Below are positions 61,601 to 64,000 of a stretch of DNA of 64,000 nucleotides, one piece after another. Numbering within the stretch: the first letter of the stretch is position 1; each line of letters begins with the position of its first letter. Below the pieces are notes generated by a model. The model worked only from the letters and a program-made list of their open reading frames with translations, did no database searches and was not told where the DNA came from. The DNA is from Parcubacteria group bacterium (GTDB taxonomy: Bacteria > Patescibacteriota > Minisyncoccia > Moranbacterales > UBA9337), in contig JBAZSW010000004.1 of assembly GCA_041662245.1 (NCBI GenBank), forward strand, positions 75,454-139,453, in the 5' to 3' direction. The translations under genes were made by a program, and so were the position numbers.

Positions 61601-61645
61601 ATCATTATTCCATTGGAAATTCATTCAAAATTTAAAATTTAAATA
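61601..61645 (+). repeat. dispersed AT-rich repeat copy (plus orientation) ending 5 nt before the cysS ATG
   Basis: TCATTATTCCATTGGAAATTCATTCAAAATTTAAAATTTAAAT. Confidence 0.55.
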
Positions 61646-61649
61646 AGTT

Positions 61650-63077
61650 ATGCTACATATTTATAACAAACTCACTAACCAAAAAGAGGAATTTATTCCG
61701 ATAAATCCAGGAAAGATTGGAATGTACGTTTGCGGACCGACTGTTTATGATCATTGCCATTTAGGTCATGGACGAGGCTATGTGGCGATGGACATGATTC
61801 GTAAATATTTAGAATATTCCGGCTATGAGGTACGCTACATTATGAATTACACTGATGTAGGACATTTGACTGATAACGCTGATAATGGTGAAGATAAAAT
61901 TGAAAAAAAAGCTAAAAAAGAAAAAATCGATCCGCTTGAAATCGCTGATTTTTACATTCAATCTTGCGAGGAAGATTTTAAAGCTCTTAATATTAAATCA
62001 GCTTCTTTCTATCCCCGCCCCACTAAATATATCGACAAAATGATAGATTTTATCAAGCGCCTAATCAAAAAGGGGTTTGCCTATGAAGCCAATGGATCTG
62101 TTTATTTTTCAGTAAAAGAATTTCCTGATTATGGAAAGCTTTCCGGTCGGAAAACAGATGAATTATTGGCAGGAGCACGAGTAGAGATAGATAGCGACAA
62201 AAAAAATCCTCTCGACTTTGCGCTTTGGATAAAAGCTGACAACGACCATATTTTAAAATGGGACAGTCCTTGGAGCGTTGGCTACCCCGGCTGGCATATT
62301 GAATGTAGCGTAATGAGTTGTGATTTGTTAGGAGAAAATACTTTTGATATCCACGGTGGAGGCAACGAAAATGCTTTTCCTCATAATGAAAATGAAATTG
62401 CGCAAAGCGAATCTTTGACGGGACAAAAAATGGCTAATTATTGGGTGCTTTGGAATATGGTTAATGTTGATGGTGTTAAAGCTAGTAAATCATTGGGCAA
62501 TGCCGTTTCGATTAAAGATGCTCTTAAAAATTATAATCCATCCACTATTCGACTTTGGATTGCTAGCTCTCATTATCGAAGCGTAATGAATTATAGCGAA
62601 AAATCTCTCCAACAAGCCCAAAAAAATCTAGAAAAAATATCCCAATTTATAAATAACATTCAAGATAAATTATCCAAATCCGATAGAAAAGAAGTTTCTG
62701 TTACTACTATCGATTTTGATTATTATCAAGAAAAATTTCAAGAAGCCATGAATGACGATTTTAATACTCCACTGGCATTGAGTGTTTTTTACGATTTAAT
62801 AACTCAAGTAAATAAATCAGAAAGAGAAAACAAAATTGCCACTGCTGATTTGGAAAATATTTTATCCTTCTGGAATAAAATAAATATGGTTTTTGGCCTC
62901 AATTCTCCATCTGAAAAAGAAGAAATCCCTTCAGAAATTATTCAGTTAGCTCAAGCGAGAGAGCAAGCCCGAAGCGATAAAAATTTTAAAGAAGCAGACA
63001 GCTTAAGAAACAAATTGAAAGAAAAAGGATTCAATATTGAAGATACAAATGAGGGGTTCAAGTTAACTAGAGAATAA
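61650..63077 (+). CDS. cysS: cysteinyl-tRNA synthetase
   Basis: HIGH motif CHLGHGRGY; KASKSLGN (KMSKS); Zn-binding Cys. Confidence 0.95.
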   Translation: MLHIYNKLTNQKEEFIPINPGKIGMYVCGPTVYDHCHLGHGRGYVAMDMIRKYLEYSGYEVRYIMNYTDVGHLTDNADNGEDKIEKKAKKEKIDPLEIADFYIQSCEEDFKALNIKSASFYPRPTKYIDKMIDFIKRLIKKGFAYEANGSVYFSVKEFPDYGKLSGRKTDELLAGARVEIDSDKKNPLDFALWIKADNDHILKWDSPWSVGYPGWHIECSVMSCDLLGENTFDIHGGGNENAFPHNENEIAQSESLTGQKMANYWVLWNMVNVDGVKASKSLGNAVSIKDALKNYNPSTIRLWIASSHYRSVMNYSEKSLQQAQKNLEKISQFINNIQDKLSKSDRKEVSVTTIDFDYYQEKFQEAMNDDFNTPLALSVFYDLITQVNKSERENKIATADLENILSFWNKINMVFGLNSPSEKEEIPSEIIQLAQAREQARSDKNFKEADSLRNKLKEKGFNIEDTNEGFKLTRE

Positions 63078-63119
63078 AAAATATTTTAAATATAATACGG
63101 GGTTTTAAAAAATAACTAA

Positions 63120-64000
63120 ATGACTTACGCAAAAACAATTTCAAAATTAATGACCATTCTTTTAGGACTAGCTCTTATCTTAAATATATTTCCTCTCAAT
63201 CTTTATGCAGATGAAGCTGCTAATACTAGCGATGAAGAACTTGAAAACGACCTAATCTTATATGAAAAATATCAGCAATACGAAAAATATGAGCATTATC
63301 AGGATTACAAAGATTACAAAAAAGCTAAAAATAAATATGGATTTGAAAGCTCTGCAGATAGAATTTCTGCCAAAAATGATTACGACCGCTATAAAGAAAC
63401 TAAAAATCAAATATATTATGCAGGTTATAAAAAATATAAAGGCTACAAAAATAAATACAAGCCTCTCACTAAATACGCTAAATATGGAAAATATTCTAAA
63501 TACGATAAAGATAGCTATAAGAAATATGGATCTAGCGAATATAAGAACGGTTACAATAGATATAAAAATTATTTAGCCTCTACCGGCAATGTTTCTGGCG
63601 ATCTAGGTGAAGCAGACTTAGGAGGTGGAGCACTGGGTCCGGAAATAACTGTGGGACTCTGGAATTATACTCGAGATGATTTGAGAGATTCCCCTTTTAA
63701 ACTTGAGGCTAATCGAGATTATACCATTAAAAATGGGGATGGTACTGTAGTTGGGCAAGTACTCGCTGGAGTGACTACTCGTGTGACTTATACCACTGAT
63801 GGAAATTTAAAAATTTATGGATCTATCACAGATACTCTTTCAGCTAAGGAAGTATTTTTTGAAGATACAGCAGGAGATAATTCTGCAATAATTTTCGATA
63901 TTTATCGCCCCAACTCTGATTTTGATCAATATCGAGGAAAAGTAAAATTACGCTATAATACTTCTAGCAAATTAACTTGGGTAATTAATACACTGTCTTT
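63120..64000 (+). CDS. secreted or membrane-anchored protein with Tyr/Lys-rich low-complexity region (partial, continues past window end)
   Basis: ATG at 63120; signal-like MTYAKTISKLMTILLGLALILNIF; YK-rich repeats (KYGKYSKYDKDSYKKYG); then a beta-rich globular domain (ITVGLWNY...); not in ORF track because it lacks a stop. Confidence 0.45.
   Translation, partial: MTYAKTISKLMTILLGLALILNIFPLNLYADEAANTSDEELENDLILYEKYQQYEKYEHYQDYKDYKKAKNKYGFESSADRISAKNDYDRYKETKNQIYYAGYKKYKGYKNKYKPLTKYAKYGKYSKYDKDSYKKYGSSEYKNGYNRYKNYLASTGNVSGDLGEADLGGGALGPEITVGLWNYTRDDLRDSPFKLEANRDYTIKNGDGTVVGQVLAGVTTRVTYTTDGNLKIYGSITDTLSAKEVFFEDTAGDNSAIIFDIYRPNSDFDQYRGKVKLRYNTSSKLTWVINTLS

Overview
This window is AT-rich (about 30% GC by eye) and densely packed with housekeeping genes, mostly on the minus strand. 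The gene set (DUF5671-like and DUF4012 proteins, a short ProRS, a hinge-less SMC, many glycosyltransferases) suggests a small-genome, CPR/Patescibacteria-like bacterium; this is an inference. Recognisable genes: a sensor histidine kinase with two tandem stand-alone receiver proteins, SMC, RNase III, NusB, L32, RNase HII, DnaE, Dxs, Nramp/MntH, UvrA, FolD, RecA, RodZ-like, FtsK, HtrA-like, ferredoxin, parvulin, FtsB, a glycosyltransferase cluster with DUF4012, Fba, TpiA, ProRS, RseP, UppP, L,D-transpeptidase, YidD, a CorA-like transporter and CysRS. I found no rRNA genes or CRISPR arrays; no tRNA cloverleaf was found in the two intergenic regions I checked (11854-12528, 32309-32660), and tRNAs elsewhere were not excluded. 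Two signals are not explained by ordinary annotation. First, short GC-rich palindromic elements sit in-frame inside conserved housekeeping genes (rnhB, folD, uppP), adding 15-40 residues without breaking the reading frame; this resembles Rickettsia palindromic elements. Second, a dispersed AT-rich repeat family of about 30-55 bp (core ATTCATTTGAAATTCAAAATTTGAAATT, built from TTGAAAT heptamers) occurs in at least six intergenic sites, once inside the rnhB insertion, and as inverted copies flanking a GC-elevated hypothetical gene. Smaller oddities are also reported: a catalytically dead HtrA homolog, a CorA-like protein with AMS in place of GMN, a hinge-less 779-aa SMC, a cytidylyltransferase::AlkD-like fusion, a GC-anomalous histidine-phosphatase islet with its own promoter/operator, and a perfect 15-bp palindrome upstream of dnaE.
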